Under the pieces are notes generated by a model, which saw nothing but the letters and a program-made list of their open reading frames with translations, searched no databases and was not told where the DNA came from. Of a stretch of DNA of 64,000 bases, positions 53,873-63,412 are shown piece after piece. The position numbers and the translations under genes were made by a program. The stretch is from Longimicrobiales bacterium. Its GTDB lineage: Bacteria; Gemmatimonadota; Gemmatimonadetes; Longimicrobiales; Gaopeijiaceae. The stretch is from assembly GCA_965204735.1 (NCBI GenBank), contig OZ242008.1, positions 1,248,001 through 1,312,000 on the forward strand, in the 5' to 3' direction. Within the stretch, counting starts at the first letter, position 1. Every line of letters starts with the position of its first letter.

Positions 53873-55422
53873 GACGTGCGGCGCTCCGCTCCGACCTCGC
53901 CGGCCTCGACGGAAGCGCCCACGAGGAACGGAGCGTCGGCGACGTCGGGCCGGGGAACTCGTCCGCACACGGCGGGACGCGGACTGAAGCCGAGGCCGGC
54001 CATTTCGGGCGCCCAGCCGGAGACGACCTTCTCGGCGCCGACGAGGAAGTGGCGGTCGGCCATCTTCCAAGTGTGATGACGCCCGTGGCGAACCAGCACG
54101 AAGTCCACGCCGTGGGTTCGGTACACGCTCCCGCCGCCGCGGATCACGTCTTCCTCCAGTGCCACGTCTTCCTCCCGCGACAGGTCGCGCCAGCCGCCCA
54201 CGTCCTGCAGGTCGAGTCGAGCGATCAGCAGCGTGCCGCCGCACAGGTAGGCGCGGTAAGACTCGCCGCGTCCGTCGCGGCTGGTGAGGGTCTGGTCGGA
54301 CGCGTCCAGATACACGAACTGGTGCCCCTTGCCGACCAGCTGGGCCCGCGAGTACCGGTGGGCCAGGACCAGGTCCCACAAGTGGTCGGCGCCATAGATG
54401 TCGTCGTCGTCCATCTTGGTCAGCAGCGTGCCCTCGGCCGCCGCCGAAGCGGCCTGAAGTGCCCTGCCCAGGCGCACGGTGTCGGGAACCGCCACGACCC
54501 TTGCAGGAAGCGGCAGACGGCCGACTCTCTCCTTGACGGCCGGCAACGCGTGGTCGTTGCCGTGGAGGGCCAGCACAAGCTCGGTGCGGGGATAGCTTTG
54601 CCTTGCCACCGCCGCCAGGGCGGACGGCAGAATCCACGGGCGCTTCGTCGCCATGACGATCGACACGTGCGGCAGGTTGGCGGAGTCCCGCGCCCAAGAC
54701 GAATGACGCCGCATGGCGGCGCGCCGCATTCTCACGCTGTGCAGCTCCCGCTCCGCCAAGTCGAGGCTCCTCGGCGGCGTCGCGATCAAGCCATGGAGCT
54801 CCGAGCCGAGCAGCGTCCGAAGCTCCTCGCCGCCGTCGGCCGCATGAACGACGACTCCGGCGGCGGCCAGCCCGGCCAAGCGCCCGGCCCGGCTCGGCGC
54901 GTCGGCGTGGAACGCCTGCACGTCCACTACGTGCCGATACCGACGAAGCCGAAACGGATCCTCGCGATGCACGGCAACGTCCGCGTGGGTTCGGGCAGGC
55001 AGCAGGTCGAGCCGCCCCAGCGCCGCGACCTCGGGACGGGCGTCTCGCCGCCAGTGAATCGGGTTGCAGACGCTCAGCGGGAACGACGGCGCCGAAGCGT
55101 CGGCCACCAGCCCAACCCGCGTCCGTCCGACGAGCGACCTGCAGCGCACCCGCAAGAACCAACCGGCCCCTCGCCGCTTGTTGACGACGCGGCACGCCAT
55201 CCAGACGGCCCGCGACCCGATCCACTCGAGCACTCCCCAAGCCTGGGCAACGCTGCGGACGGTTCTCGCCCGGATCGTCAGGGAACGCCACCGTCGTCGC
55301 CAGCGGTACCAAAAGACGGCTGCCGGAGGGCGGATCGAGGTCCGCTCGTGGTCGGCGGATTGCGCCATGCGCTCGCTGGCTGGGGGAATTGCTGGCGGCG
55401 AGTGGAAGGTAGGCATGGCCAA
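53869..55422 (-). CDS. Glycosyltransferase family 2 (GT-A) protein
   Basis: VSIVMATKRP, QSYPRTELV, TKMDDDDIYG, GGTL, GGW....ED. Confidence 0.85.
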   Translation of the reverse strand: MAMPTFHSPPAIPPASERMAQSADHERTSIRPPAAVFWYRWRRRWRSLTIRARTVRSVAQAWGVLEWIGSRAVWMACRVVNKRRGAGWFLRVRCRSLVGRTRVGLVADASAPSFPLSVCNPIHWRRDARPEVAALGRLDLLPARTHADVAVHREDPFRLRRYRHVVDVQAFHADAPSRAGRLAGLAAAGVVVHAADGGEELRTLLGSELHGLIATPPRSLDLAERELHSVRMRRAAMRRHSSWARDSANLPHVSIVMATKRPWILPSALAAVARQSYPRTELVLALHGNDHALPAVKERVGRLPLPARVVAVPDTVRLGRALQAASAAAEGTLLTKMDDDDIYGADHLWDLVLAHRYSRAQLVGKGHQFVYLDASDQTLTSRDGRGESYRAYLCGGTLLIARLDLQDVGGWRDLSREEDVALEEDVIRGGGSVYRTHGVDFVLVRHGRHHTWKMADRHFLVGAEKVVSGWAPEMAGLGFSPRPAVCGRVPRPDVADAPFLVGASVEAGEVGAERRTS

Positions 55423-55558
55423 GAGGGACGATCAAGGCAAGGCTTCGCCATCAGCGCGGCTTTCCGGAGAGAGCGGATTGCCCTCGGCCGCGCCACGACC
55501 GAAGTTGACCCGCAGCGCTTCCCGCTCGACCTCGACTCCGACCCTGGAGATGCAGACC

Positions 55559-58500
55559 ATGCGACGCTCTCGCTGCCCCGCCTTCGGTTTCCTGTGGCTG
55601 GCCTCCGCGGCGCTGGCGACCCTTGCCGTCCTGCCGGCCGCGTTCGTCCCGGCGCGCCCCGCCGCGGCCCAGCAGCGTCCCCTGGAGCACGACGACGTGC
55701 TGCGGTGGAACACGATCGCCAGCCCCTCGCTCTCGCCCGACGGGGAGTGGCTGGCCTTCGTCCTCACGGCCATGGAGGGCGACCCCGCGCTGACGATCCG
55801 GCCGGCGCAAGAGGGCAGCTCCGAAGCCGTCGTGCGGGGCGTCAACCCCGTGTTCAGCTCCGACTCCCGGTATCTGGTCTACGACGTTCCTCCGCTGGAA
55901 GCCGTCGTGGACTCCCTCAAGCGAGAAGGGAAGAAGGGCGACGACCTTCCCAACGACTCGCTGGCCATAGTGGAGTTGGCGGCCCTCTTCCAAGGCGGCG
56001 AGTTCCGGCTGGAGGCGATCCGCATGGTGGGGCCGGTCAATGGCCGGAAGATCGCGCCGAAGGGAGAGTGGGCGGCCTACGAACCTGTGCAGGACGAAGG
56101 GGGCTCCGAAGAGGCCGAGGGCGGGGAGGAGGAGCGGCCCTCGGGCGAAGCCGCGGCGGCCGAGGAGCCGAGCGGAGCGGAGGACGAAGGAGACGAAGGC
56201 GACAACGACAAGGAGGACGGCGCGCCGTTGGTTCTCCACGACTTGACCACGGGCGACGAGACCCGGTACGAGCACGTGACGGAGTACGAGTTCGCGGAGG
56301 ACGCTCCGGTCCTGGCCTTCGCCACGGCGACCAAGGACGGGAGCGGCGACGGCGTGCACGTGGTGGCGCTGGACGGCTTGATCAGGCGCGCGGTCGCGGA
56401 AGGCGAGGGACGCTACGAGCAGCTGGCCGTCTCCAAGGACGGAATGCGCGTGGCGTTCCTCTCCGACCGGAAGAGCCGGGCGCAGCGCCGCGAGGCCGAC
56501 GAAGCCGACGAAGCCGACGAGGCCAACGAGAGCGAGGCGGCCGGGCAGCCGGAGGAACCGCCCCAACCCGACGAGCCCTCCCAACCCGTCGAGGCCTCCC
56601 AGTTCGAGTTCGCTCTCTACCAGGGGGCCGCCCCCGATTGGGTGGGCGCGTCGATGGCCGATTCGGAGAGCCCGGGCGTCGCGGAGGGGTGGTGGGTCAG
56701 CCGGAACGGCGAGGTTGTCTTCTCCGAGGGCGGCGGCCGCGTCCTCTTCGGCGTAGTGCCCCGGCCGGCCCCGGAGGAGTCGGACGACGACACCCTGGAA
56801 GAGGACAAGGTCGTCCTCGACGTGTGGAACTGGCGCGACCCCTACCTGCAGCCCATGCAGCTCGTCCGCGCAGAGGAAGAGCGCAAGCGCACCTACGCGG
56901 CGGCGCTTCCCGTGGACGGCGGACGGGTCGTCCATCTCGGCTCGCCGGACGTGCCCACGGTTCGCCACGCGGCGGAGGGCGACGCGACTCACGCCCTGGG
57001 CGTCACCGACGCGCCCTACCGCCAGCTCCTCTCGTGGGACGGGCGCTACAACGACCTCTACGCCCTCGACGCGGCCACCGGGGAGCGGAGGCTCCTCGCC
57101 GAGAAGGTGAAGGGCTTCGGCGGCGGCGCCATCTCGCCCGCAGGGAAGTACGCGACGTGGTGGGACGGCGCCCGGCGCCAGTGGATGGTGGCCCGCCTCG
57201 ACGGACGCGCCGTCGCCGGAGTCGCCGGCCCGGGCGAAGCAATGGCGGCAAGCGCGAAAGTCCCCCACCCGGTCTGGAACGAGCGGGACGACCACCCGGA
57301 CCTGCCTCCCCCCTACGGCGCCGCCGGCTGGACCGAGGACGACGGCGCCTTCCTCTTCTACGACCGCTACGACGTGTGGTGCTTCGACCCGGAGACCGGG
57401 GCCGTCGCCAGCCTCACCGAGGGCGCGGGCCGGGACGCCGGGGTCCGCTTCCGCCATGCCCGGGTCGATCCCGAGCTGGACCACGTGCCCGAAGGCGAGG
57501 CTCTTTGGCAGGCCTTCCACTACACGAACAAGCAGGGCGGGTTCTACAAGGGCAGAACGGACCGTCCCCAGGCGCCGGAGCAGCTCGTCATGTCGGACCA
57601 CGCCTACCGGCTGCGCGGCAAGGCCAAGGAAGCGGACCGCTGGCTGCTCACCCGCGAGGACTTCCGCGAGTTTCCCGACCTCCGGCTGGCGGACCGGATC
57701 ATGGACAGGGGAGGGCTGGCGGAGATGGCCAAGGTGTCCGACGCGAACCCGCAGCAGGCCGAGCACGTCTGGGGGAGCGCGGAGATCGTGGAGTGGAACT
57801 CGAACGACGGGGTCCCGCTGCAAGGCATCCTCTTCACGCCCGACGGATTCGACCCCACGCAGAAGCATCCGATGATGGTGTACTTCTACGAGCGCATGTC
57901 CGACGGGATCCACGCCCATCGCTCGCCCCGCCCCGGCGGTTCGTCGATTTCGATCCCCTTCTACGTCAGCAGGGGGTACGTGGTGTTCGTCCCCGACATC
58001 CCCTACGAGATCGGCTACCCCGGCGAGAGCGCCCTGGACGCGGTGGTTCCCGGAGTGCTGCGGGTGCTGGCCGACGGCTTTGTCGACAAGGACAGGATCG
58101 GCGTGCAGGGGCACTCGTGGGGCGGGTATCAGATCGCCTACATGATCACGAAGACCAACTTGTTCGCGGCGGCGGAGGCCGGAGCGCCGGTCAGCAACAT
58201 GACCAGCGCCTACGGGGGCATCCGCTGGCGGTCGGGCATGAGCCGCATGTTCCAGTACGAGCGCACGCAGAGCCGCATCGGCGGCACGTTGTGGGAAGCC
58301 ACGAACGAGTACCTGCACAACTCGCCCGTGTTCTACGCCGACAAGATATGGACGCCGCTCCTGATGATGCACAACGACGAGGACGGCGCGGTACCATGGT
58401 ATCAGGGGATCGAGATGTTCGTCGCCATGCGGCGGCTGCAAAGACCGGTCTGGATGCTCAACTACAACGGAGAGGCCCACGGACTGCGCAAGGAGGCCAA

Positions 58501-58651
58501 CCGCAAGGACTGGGCCGTGCGGATGCAGCAGTTCTTCGACCACTACCTGAAGGACGCGCCCGCGCCGGTCTGGATGGAAGAGGGGATCCCCGCCGTGGAG
58601 AAGGGCAAGACCTTGGGCACCGAGCCCGCAAGAAGGAAGATTTCCGAGTGA
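55559..58651 (+). CDS. Secreted S9 family (prolyl oligopeptidase / DPP-IV-like) peptidase
   Basis: Signal peptide ..PAAA-QQ; beta-propeller; GHSWGGY, HNDEDGAVPW, GEAHGL; acidic low-complexity inserts. Confidence 0.95.
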   Translation: MRRSRCPAFGFLWLASAALATLAVLPAAFVPARPAAAQQRPLEHDDVLRWNTIASPSLSPDGEWLAFVLTAMEGDPALTIRPAQEGSSEAVVRGVNPVFSSDSRYLVYDVPPLEAVVDSLKREGKKGDDLPNDSLAIVELAALFQGGEFRLEAIRMVGPVNGRKIAPKGEWAAYEPVQDEGGSEEAEGGEEERPSGEAAAAEEPSGAEDEGDEGDNDKEDGAPLVLHDLTTGDETRYEHVTEYEFAEDAPVLAFATATKDGSGDGVHVVALDGLIRRAVAEGEGRYEQLAVSKDGMRVAFLSDRKSRAQRREADEADEADEANESEAAGQPEEPPQPDEPSQPVEASQFEFALYQGAAPDWVGASMADSESPGVAEGWWVSRNGEVVFSEGGGRVLFGVVPRPAPEESDDDTLEEDKVVLDVWNWRDPYLQPMQLVRAEEERKRTYAAALPVDGGRVVHLGSPDVPTVRHAAEGDATHALGVTDAPYRQLLSWDGRYNDLYALDAATGERRLLAEKVKGFGGGAISPAGKYATWWDGARRQWMVARLDGRAVAGVAGPGEAMAASAKVPHPVWNERDDHPDLPPPYGAAGWTEDDGAFLFYDRYDVWCFDPETGAVASLTEGAGRDAGVRFRHARVDPELDHVPEGEALWQAFHYTNKQGGFYKGRTDRPQAPEQLVMSDHAYRLRGKAKEADRWLLTREDFREFPDLRLADRIMDRGGLAEMAKVSDANPQQAEHVWGSAEIVEWNSNDGVPLQGILFTPDGFDPTQKHPMMVYFYERMSDGIHAHRSPRPGGSSISIPFYVSRGYVVFVPDIPYEIGYPGESALDAVVPGVLRVLADGFVDKDRIGVQGHSWGGYQIAYMITKTNLFAAAEAGAPVSNMTSAYGGIRWRSGMSRMFQYERTQSRIGGTLWEATNEYLHNSPVFYADKIWTPLLMMHNDEDGAVPWYQGIEMFVAMRRLQRPVWMLNYNGEAHGLRKEANRKDWAVRMQQFFDHYLKDAPAPVWMEEGIPAVEKGKTLGTEPARRKISE

Positions 58652-59124
58652 CGATACGGGAAAATCCACACCGATGGCCCTCCCGGTGGCCCGCATATGG
58701 GCGATCCGGCAACGACGCAACGACGCCGTCCCTATTGGATTTCGAGGAGGAGAGCGCGTGGGACGCCCTGAAGCGGGAAGCCTTCTTCCCCGTGAGCGAG
58801 CAGCCTCTGCGCCTGCCTAGTAGGATTGCGTTCACCATCGGCGTTCGTCGCAAGATTTGCGCAAATGGCATGATCGGAGAGGACGGGTTCACCTACAGCG
58901 ATCCCCACCGACATCCGCTTGACACTTGGCTCGAGGACATCAAGAGGAACCAGTCCACGGCCTATGGACTTCGCCGCTTTGATCCCGAGTCCCTAAGGAA
59001 GTGTCTTGCGCACCTAGCTCAGGTGCAGGTATCCGAGCAGGATTTCCTAGCTGGCTTGATCATGACGCTAGGGCTGAACCCGCCGGCGATTCCAGAGCCA
59101 CCGCGGGCGTCGGTCGTCTACTAG
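58648..59124 (+). CDS. Hypothetical protein (lower GC)
   Basis: GTGA overlap with the peptidase stop; 158-aa open frame; no recognised motif. Confidence 0.45.
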   Translation: MTIRENPHRWPSRWPAYGRSGNDATTPSLLDFEEESAWDALKREAFFPVSEQPLRLPSRIAFTIGVRRKICANGMIGEDGFTYSDPHRHPLDTWLEDIKRNQSTAYGLRRFDPESLRKCLAHLAQVQVSEQDFLAGLIMTLGLNPPAIPEPPRASVVY

Positions 59125-59216
59125 CCTGGAGCCATCCCCGTCTCTGGGAGCAAGTATCATCGGTGGCCCAGGGTCACGGGCGGCCGACAGGCTCCTAGCC
59201 TGGAGCCATCCCCGTC
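59121..59216. repeat. Perfect 22-bp direct repeat, two copies, 52-bp spacer
   Basis: ctagcctggagccatccccgtc at 59121-59142 and 59195-59216. Confidence 0.9.
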
Positions 59217-59348
59217 CGCTCGAGTCGGCGGGCTGCGTCGCACGCCTGTTCCATCCGGCCAGCGCGGACGCGACGACATGGCGCTCGAACTCAGAACACC
59301 AAGGCCGCCCAGTCGCGCCGACGGCGCACCCGCCGTTACTTTCCGCCT

Positions 59349-59603
59349 ATGCCCATCTACGAATACACGTGCCGCGACTGCGGGCGGGAGTGCGAGCTTC
59401 TGGTCCGAGGCTCCGGCGCCACGCCGACGTGCCCGTCCTGCAAGAGCGAGGAGCTGGAGCGTCGGCTCTCGTTGCCCAGGGTCAAGTCCTCCACCACCCG
59501 AGGCATGGCGATGCGCGCCGCCAAGAAGCGCGACGCCGGCCAGGCCCGGGACCGAATGCACGAGCGCATCCGCTACGAGCAGAGCCACGACCGACATGGC
59601 TAG
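59349..59603 (+). CDS. FmdB-family zinc-ribbon protein
   Basis: MPIYEYTCRDCG..E.LV...CPSC.S..LERRLS. Confidence 0.92.
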   Translation: MPIYEYTCRDCGRECELLVRGSGATPTCPSCKSEELERRLSLPRVKSSTTRGMAMRAAKKRDAGQARDRMHERIRYEQSHDRHG

Positions 59604-59681
59604 CGGCGGCAGGGTCGCGCGCCCTTGCCGGCCCCGTAGCCGGACCCTGAGCTCCGCAGACGCACCGCACCGCCGACGGCC

Positions 59682-61199
59682 ATGACGCAGCCGACAGCCG
59701 GCCCTCCGACCGCCGGGGCGGGGTTGGCTCGGCGCCTGGGGGTCGCGGGACTGGCGGCCACCGGCATCTGCGCGATGCTGGGCGCCGCCGTCAACATCGT
59801 GCCGATCATGCTGCAGCGGAACGTGCCGGGGATCGGCCCCTACGTCCTCCCGGCCTACGTCTTGGGGGCGCTTCCGGCGGCGCTGGCCGCGCTTGCCTAC
59901 GCCAGCTTGGCCTCGGCGATGCCCCGGGCGGGCGGCAGCTACGTGTACGTCAGCCGTTCCCTGAGTCCCTACTGGGGCTTCGCGGCCAGCTTCTCCCAGT
60001 GGTTCGGCCTCTCGATCGCCATCGGCGTGGTGTCCTACGTGCTCGTCCCCTTCCTCCGGGACATCGCCGCCGCCCTGGAGTGGTCCGCCACGGCCGAGGC
60101 GCTGGACCGGGGGCCGGTCCGCGTGGGGGTCGCCCTGACCTTCCTGTGGACGTTCGTCCTGGTCAACCTGCGGGGCCTCGGCGCGTACCAGTGGACCCTG
60201 CTGCCGATGATGTTCCTCATGTTCGCCCTGGGCAGCGTCGCCATCGTGGCGGGGTTCGCCCACGACCACGGCGACTTCGCGGCGGCCCTCATGGCGGCGG
60301 AAGGGAGGACGGTCCCGCCGACTCCCGAGGCGCCGCTGCGTCCGGGCGCGTTCCTCGCGGCTTCGGCGCTCCTCTTCTCCAGCTTCATCGGCTTCGACTC
60401 CATCGCCCAGGCAGGAGGCGAGGCGAAGCGCCCGCACCGGAACCTGCCTCTGGCCGTCGCCCTTGCCGTGGTGACGGTGGGGACCTTCTACCTGCTCTTC
60501 ACCTCCGCCGTCTACCACGCCGTCCCGTGGAGCTTCGTCGCCGAGGAAGCCCAGCGGCGCGACCTGACGGCGCCCGGCCTGCTGGGGTATCTGCTGCCGA
60601 CGGGCTGGACGCTGGCGATCGTGGGCGGAGCGGCGGTGGCCCTGGTGAACGACTTGCCCGCCATGCTGCTGGCGGTCTCCCGGCTGGTCTTCGCGTGGGC
60701 CGAAGACGGGATCTTCCCCAAGAAGGCGGCCGCGGTCCATCCGCGCCGACGGACTCCCCACGTCGCCCTGGTCGCCAGCGGCGTCATGGCATCGGCAGGG
60801 ATTCTGGGAAGCGCCTTCGCGGGCGACTTCTTCCTGGGGATCGACATCCTGGTCACGTCGATGCTGGTGAACTTCGCCCTCGTGTGCCTCTCGCTGCTGA
60901 CGCTGCACCGCCGCAACACGGCCCTGGCCGCCCGGATCAGGGTGCTCGCGAAGCCGTGGCTTCGGAGCGTCGCGGGCATCGCCGGCGTGGTCGTCATGGT
61001 CGGGTTCCTGGCGGTCCACGTCTGGAAGGACCTCTCGGCCTCGGTGGACGCGTGGTACTTCCACTCCACGCCGGTGTGGCTGGCGGTCATGGCCCTGGCG
61101 TCGGCGATCTACTTCTGGGAGACGGCCGCGCTTCGCCGGAGGGGCGGCGAGATGGATCGGCTCTTCCGGGCGCTGCCGCCCGAGCGCCCCGGAGCGTAG
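59682..61199 (+). CDS. APC-family amino acid permease
   Basis: LARRLG, ASAMPRAGGSYVY, FIGFDSI..GGEAK.P.RNLP, SRLVFAWA.DG.FP, TPHVAL. Confidence 0.93.
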   Translation: MTQPTAGPPTAGAGLARRLGVAGLAATGICAMLGAAVNIVPIMLQRNVPGIGPYVLPAYVLGALPAALAALAYASLASAMPRAGGSYVYVSRSLSPYWGFAASFSQWFGLSIAIGVVSYVLVPFLRDIAAALEWSATAEALDRGPVRVGVALTFLWTFVLVNLRGLGAYQWTLLPMMFLMFALGSVAIVAGFAHDHGDFAAALMAAEGRTVPPTPEAPLRPGAFLAASALLFSSFIGFDSIAQAGGEAKRPHRNLPLAVALAVVTVGTFYLLFTSAVYHAVPWSFVAEEAQRRDLTAPGLLGYLLPTGWTLAIVGGAAVALVNDLPAMLLAVSRLVFAWAEDGIFPKKAAAVHPRRRTPHVALVASGVMASAGILGSAFAGDFFLGIDILVTSMLVNFALVCLSLLTLHRRNTALAARIRVLAKPWLRSVAGIAGVVVMVGFLAVHVWKDLSASVDAWYFHSTPVWLAVMALASAIYFWETAALRRRGGEMDRLFRALPPERPGA

Positions 61200-62774
61200 T
61201 TGACGTCGGCGACGCTCGAGCGAGCGCGGCTCGCCCGAGGGCTGGAGGTGCCCCGGGTCGTGGTGGGCCTCTGGCAGGTGGCCGACCAGGAGCGGCTCCT
61301 GGGAGCTCCTCTCGACCCGGAAGCGGGTGCCCGGGCAATGGCCGAACACGCCCAGGCGGGCCTTGCCGCCTTCGACATGGCGGACCACTACGGCTCGGCG
61401 GAAGTCGTGGCCGGCGCCCTGGTCCGGCGGCTGGCGGCGGTCCCGGCGACGGCGCCCCGACTCCAACTCCTCACCAAGTGGGTGCCCGCCCCCGGTCCCG
61501 TCACCCCGCAGATGGCGGGCGACGCCGTGGACCGCGCCCGGGAGCGGATGGGCGTGGACGCCGTCGACCTCCTCCAGTACCACCCGTGGAGCTACGCCGA
61601 TCCCGGCTGGCTGGACGCCCTCTTCCACCTCGCCGAGCAGCGGGAGCGCGGCGCGGTCCGCCACCTGGGCCTCGTCAACTGCGACGCCGTCCACCTGGAC
61701 ATGGCGGTCCGAAGCGGCGTGCCCGTCGCGACCAACCAAGTGTGCTGCTCGCTGCTGGACCGGCGGGCGCTGGGCGCCATGAGCCGCGTCTGCCGCGCCC
61801 ACGACGTCAAGCTGCTGGCCTACGGCGCCTTGGCGGGCGGCTTCCTGACGCGACGGTGGCTGGGGCGTCCGGCGCCGACGGCGGGCCTGGCCCGGACCTG
61901 GTCCCAGATGAAGTACCTGCGCTTCGTCCAGGAAGCAGGCGGATGGGACCGTCTGCAGGAAGTGCTACGGGCGCTGGCCCGCGTCGCCGACCGGCTGGGC
62001 GCGTCCATGGCCAACGCGGCCTGCCGCTGGGCGCTGGACCAGCCAGCGGTGGCGGCGGTGATCGTCGGTGCGCGGCTGGGCGAGCGTTCCCACGTGCAGG
62101 ACAACCTGCGGCTCTTCGGCCTCTCCCTGGACGACGAAGCCCGGGCCGAGCTGGACGAGGCGGCGAACCAGCTGGACGCCATCCCCGGCGACTGCGGCGA
62201 CGAGTACCGAAGGCCGCCCTTCCTGACCGCCTCGGGCGACTTGAGCCATCACTTGGACGGCCCGTTGCCGGCGCCGTACCCGGTGGCGTGGCGAGCAGGC
62301 GGCCCCGCAGGGAAGATCGGTCCCGACGCCGGCGCAGCGACCGACGCCGCCGACGCAGCGCGGGAGGCGCCGCTGCCGGACGGGCGCGTCTCCAGCGGCA
62401 CAGCCTGGGAACGGATGGCGGGCTACTGCCGCGCGGTCAGGCGAGGCGACCGGATCTGGGTGTCCGGCACCACCGCCAGCCACCGCGACCGGCGGATCGG
62501 CGGGGACGACGCCGCTGCCCAGACTCACTTCGTGATCGACAAGATCGAAGGGGCGCTCCACTCCCTGGGCGCCGGCCTGCAAGACGTGGTCCGGACTCGG
62601 GCCTACGTTCCCGACGAGGCCGACTGGGAGGCCGTGGCCCGGGCCCACGGGGCGCGCTTTGGCTCGATCATGCCCGCCAACACGCTGGTCCGGGCGGGGC
62701 TGGTCGGAGAAGGGCTCCTGGTCGAGATCGAGGCCGAGGCGGTCGTGGACCCGGCTCGCGGGCGGCAGCCGTGA
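61200..62774 (+). CDS. Aldo/keto reductase fused to a C-terminal Rid (YjgF/YER057c) domain
   Basis: GLWQ, FDMADHYGSAE, TKW, DLLQYH, YGALAGGFL; then WERMAGYCRAVR..VSGTT..DVVRTR..LVEIEAEA. Confidence 0.9.
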   Translation: MTSATLERARLARGLEVPRVVVGLWQVADQERLLGAPLDPEAGARAMAEHAQAGLAAFDMADHYGSAEVVAGALVRRLAAVPATAPRLQLLTKWVPAPGPVTPQMAGDAVDRARERMGVDAVDLLQYHPWSYADPGWLDALFHLAEQRERGAVRHLGLVNCDAVHLDMAVRSGVPVATNQVCCSLLDRRALGAMSRVCRAHDVKLLAYGALAGGFLTRRWLGRPAPTAGLARTWSQMKYLRFVQEAGGWDRLQEVLRALARVADRLGASMANAACRWALDQPAVAAVIVGARLGERSHVQDNLRLFGLSLDDEARAELDEAANQLDAIPGDCGDEYRRPPFLTASGDLSHHLDGPLPAPYPVAWRAGGPAGKIGPDAGAATDAADAAREAPLPDGRVSSGTAWERMAGYCRAVRRGDRIWVSGTTASHRDRRIGGDDAAAQTHFVIDKIEGALHSLGAGLQDVVRTRAYVPDEADWEAVARAHGARFGSIMPANTLVRAGLVGEGLLVEIEAEAVVDPARGRQP

Positions 62775-63412
62775 AGGTCGTCCTCTTCGACCTGCTCTCG
62801 GCGCTGATCGACTCCTGGTCCCTGTGGGACGAGATCGCCGGCGGCAAGGAGCGCGGGCGGGCATGGCGCATGGACTACCTGCGTCGCACGTACGCCACGG
62901 GCGCCTACGTGCCGTACCTGGAGCTCGTGGGCGCGTCGGCGGAAGCGACCGGGCTCTCTCGGAGGTGCGCGGACGAACTGGAAGCCCGGTGGGGCGAGCT
63001 GCGGCCGTGGCCCGAAGCCGAGCGAGTGCTCGACGAGCTTGCGGCGACGGTTGCCGTGGGGGTGGCGACCAACTGCTCCCAGGCCCTGGGCCGCCGCGCC
63101 GCCGAGATGGTCGGAGCGCCGCCGGCCGCCGTGGTGACCGCCGAGTCCGCCGGGTGCTACAAGCCGTGCCGCCGCATCTACGCCGCCGGCGCGAAGGCCC
63201 TGGGCGCCTGCCCGCAAGACGTGCTCTTCGTGGCAGGGTCGCCGTTCGACGTTCGCGGAGCCGCGGGCGCGGGGATGCGCGTCGCCTGGCACAACCGCGC
63301 GGGCCTGGTGGACGAAGCGGCGGAAGAGCAGGCCTTGGCGGTCTTGCCCGACCTGTCGGAGTTGGCCAACCTTGGCCCCTTGGCCTTGAACGAAGGGAGG
63401 AGCCGTGGCTGA
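62771..63412 (+). CDS. HAD-superfamily hydrolase (haloacid dehalogenase-like)
   Basis: VVLFDLLSALIDSW, ATNCS, AGCYKP, LFVAGSPFDV.GA; GTGA-coupled. Confidence 0.88.
   Translation: MKVVLFDLLSALIDSWSLWDEIAGGKERGRAWRMDYLRRTYATGAYVPYLELVGASAEATGLSRRCADELEARWGELRPWPEAERVLDELAATVAVGVATNCSQALGRRAAEMVGAPPAAVVTAESAGCYKPCRRIYAAGAKALGACPQDVLFVAGSPFDVRGAAGAGMRVAWHNRAGLVDEAAEEQALAVLPDLSELANLGPLALNEGRSRG

Noticed and set aside
53873..59124. Long overlapping ORFs 54049-59124, 55451-58720 and the 5' part of 53102-55435
   Set aside because: Arg/Pro/Gly-rich shadow frames of the GT2 and S9 peptidase genes, with no motifs.
59121..59216. Mini-CRISPR
   Set aside because: Only two copies, a 52-bp spacer, no clear palindrome, leader or cas genes.
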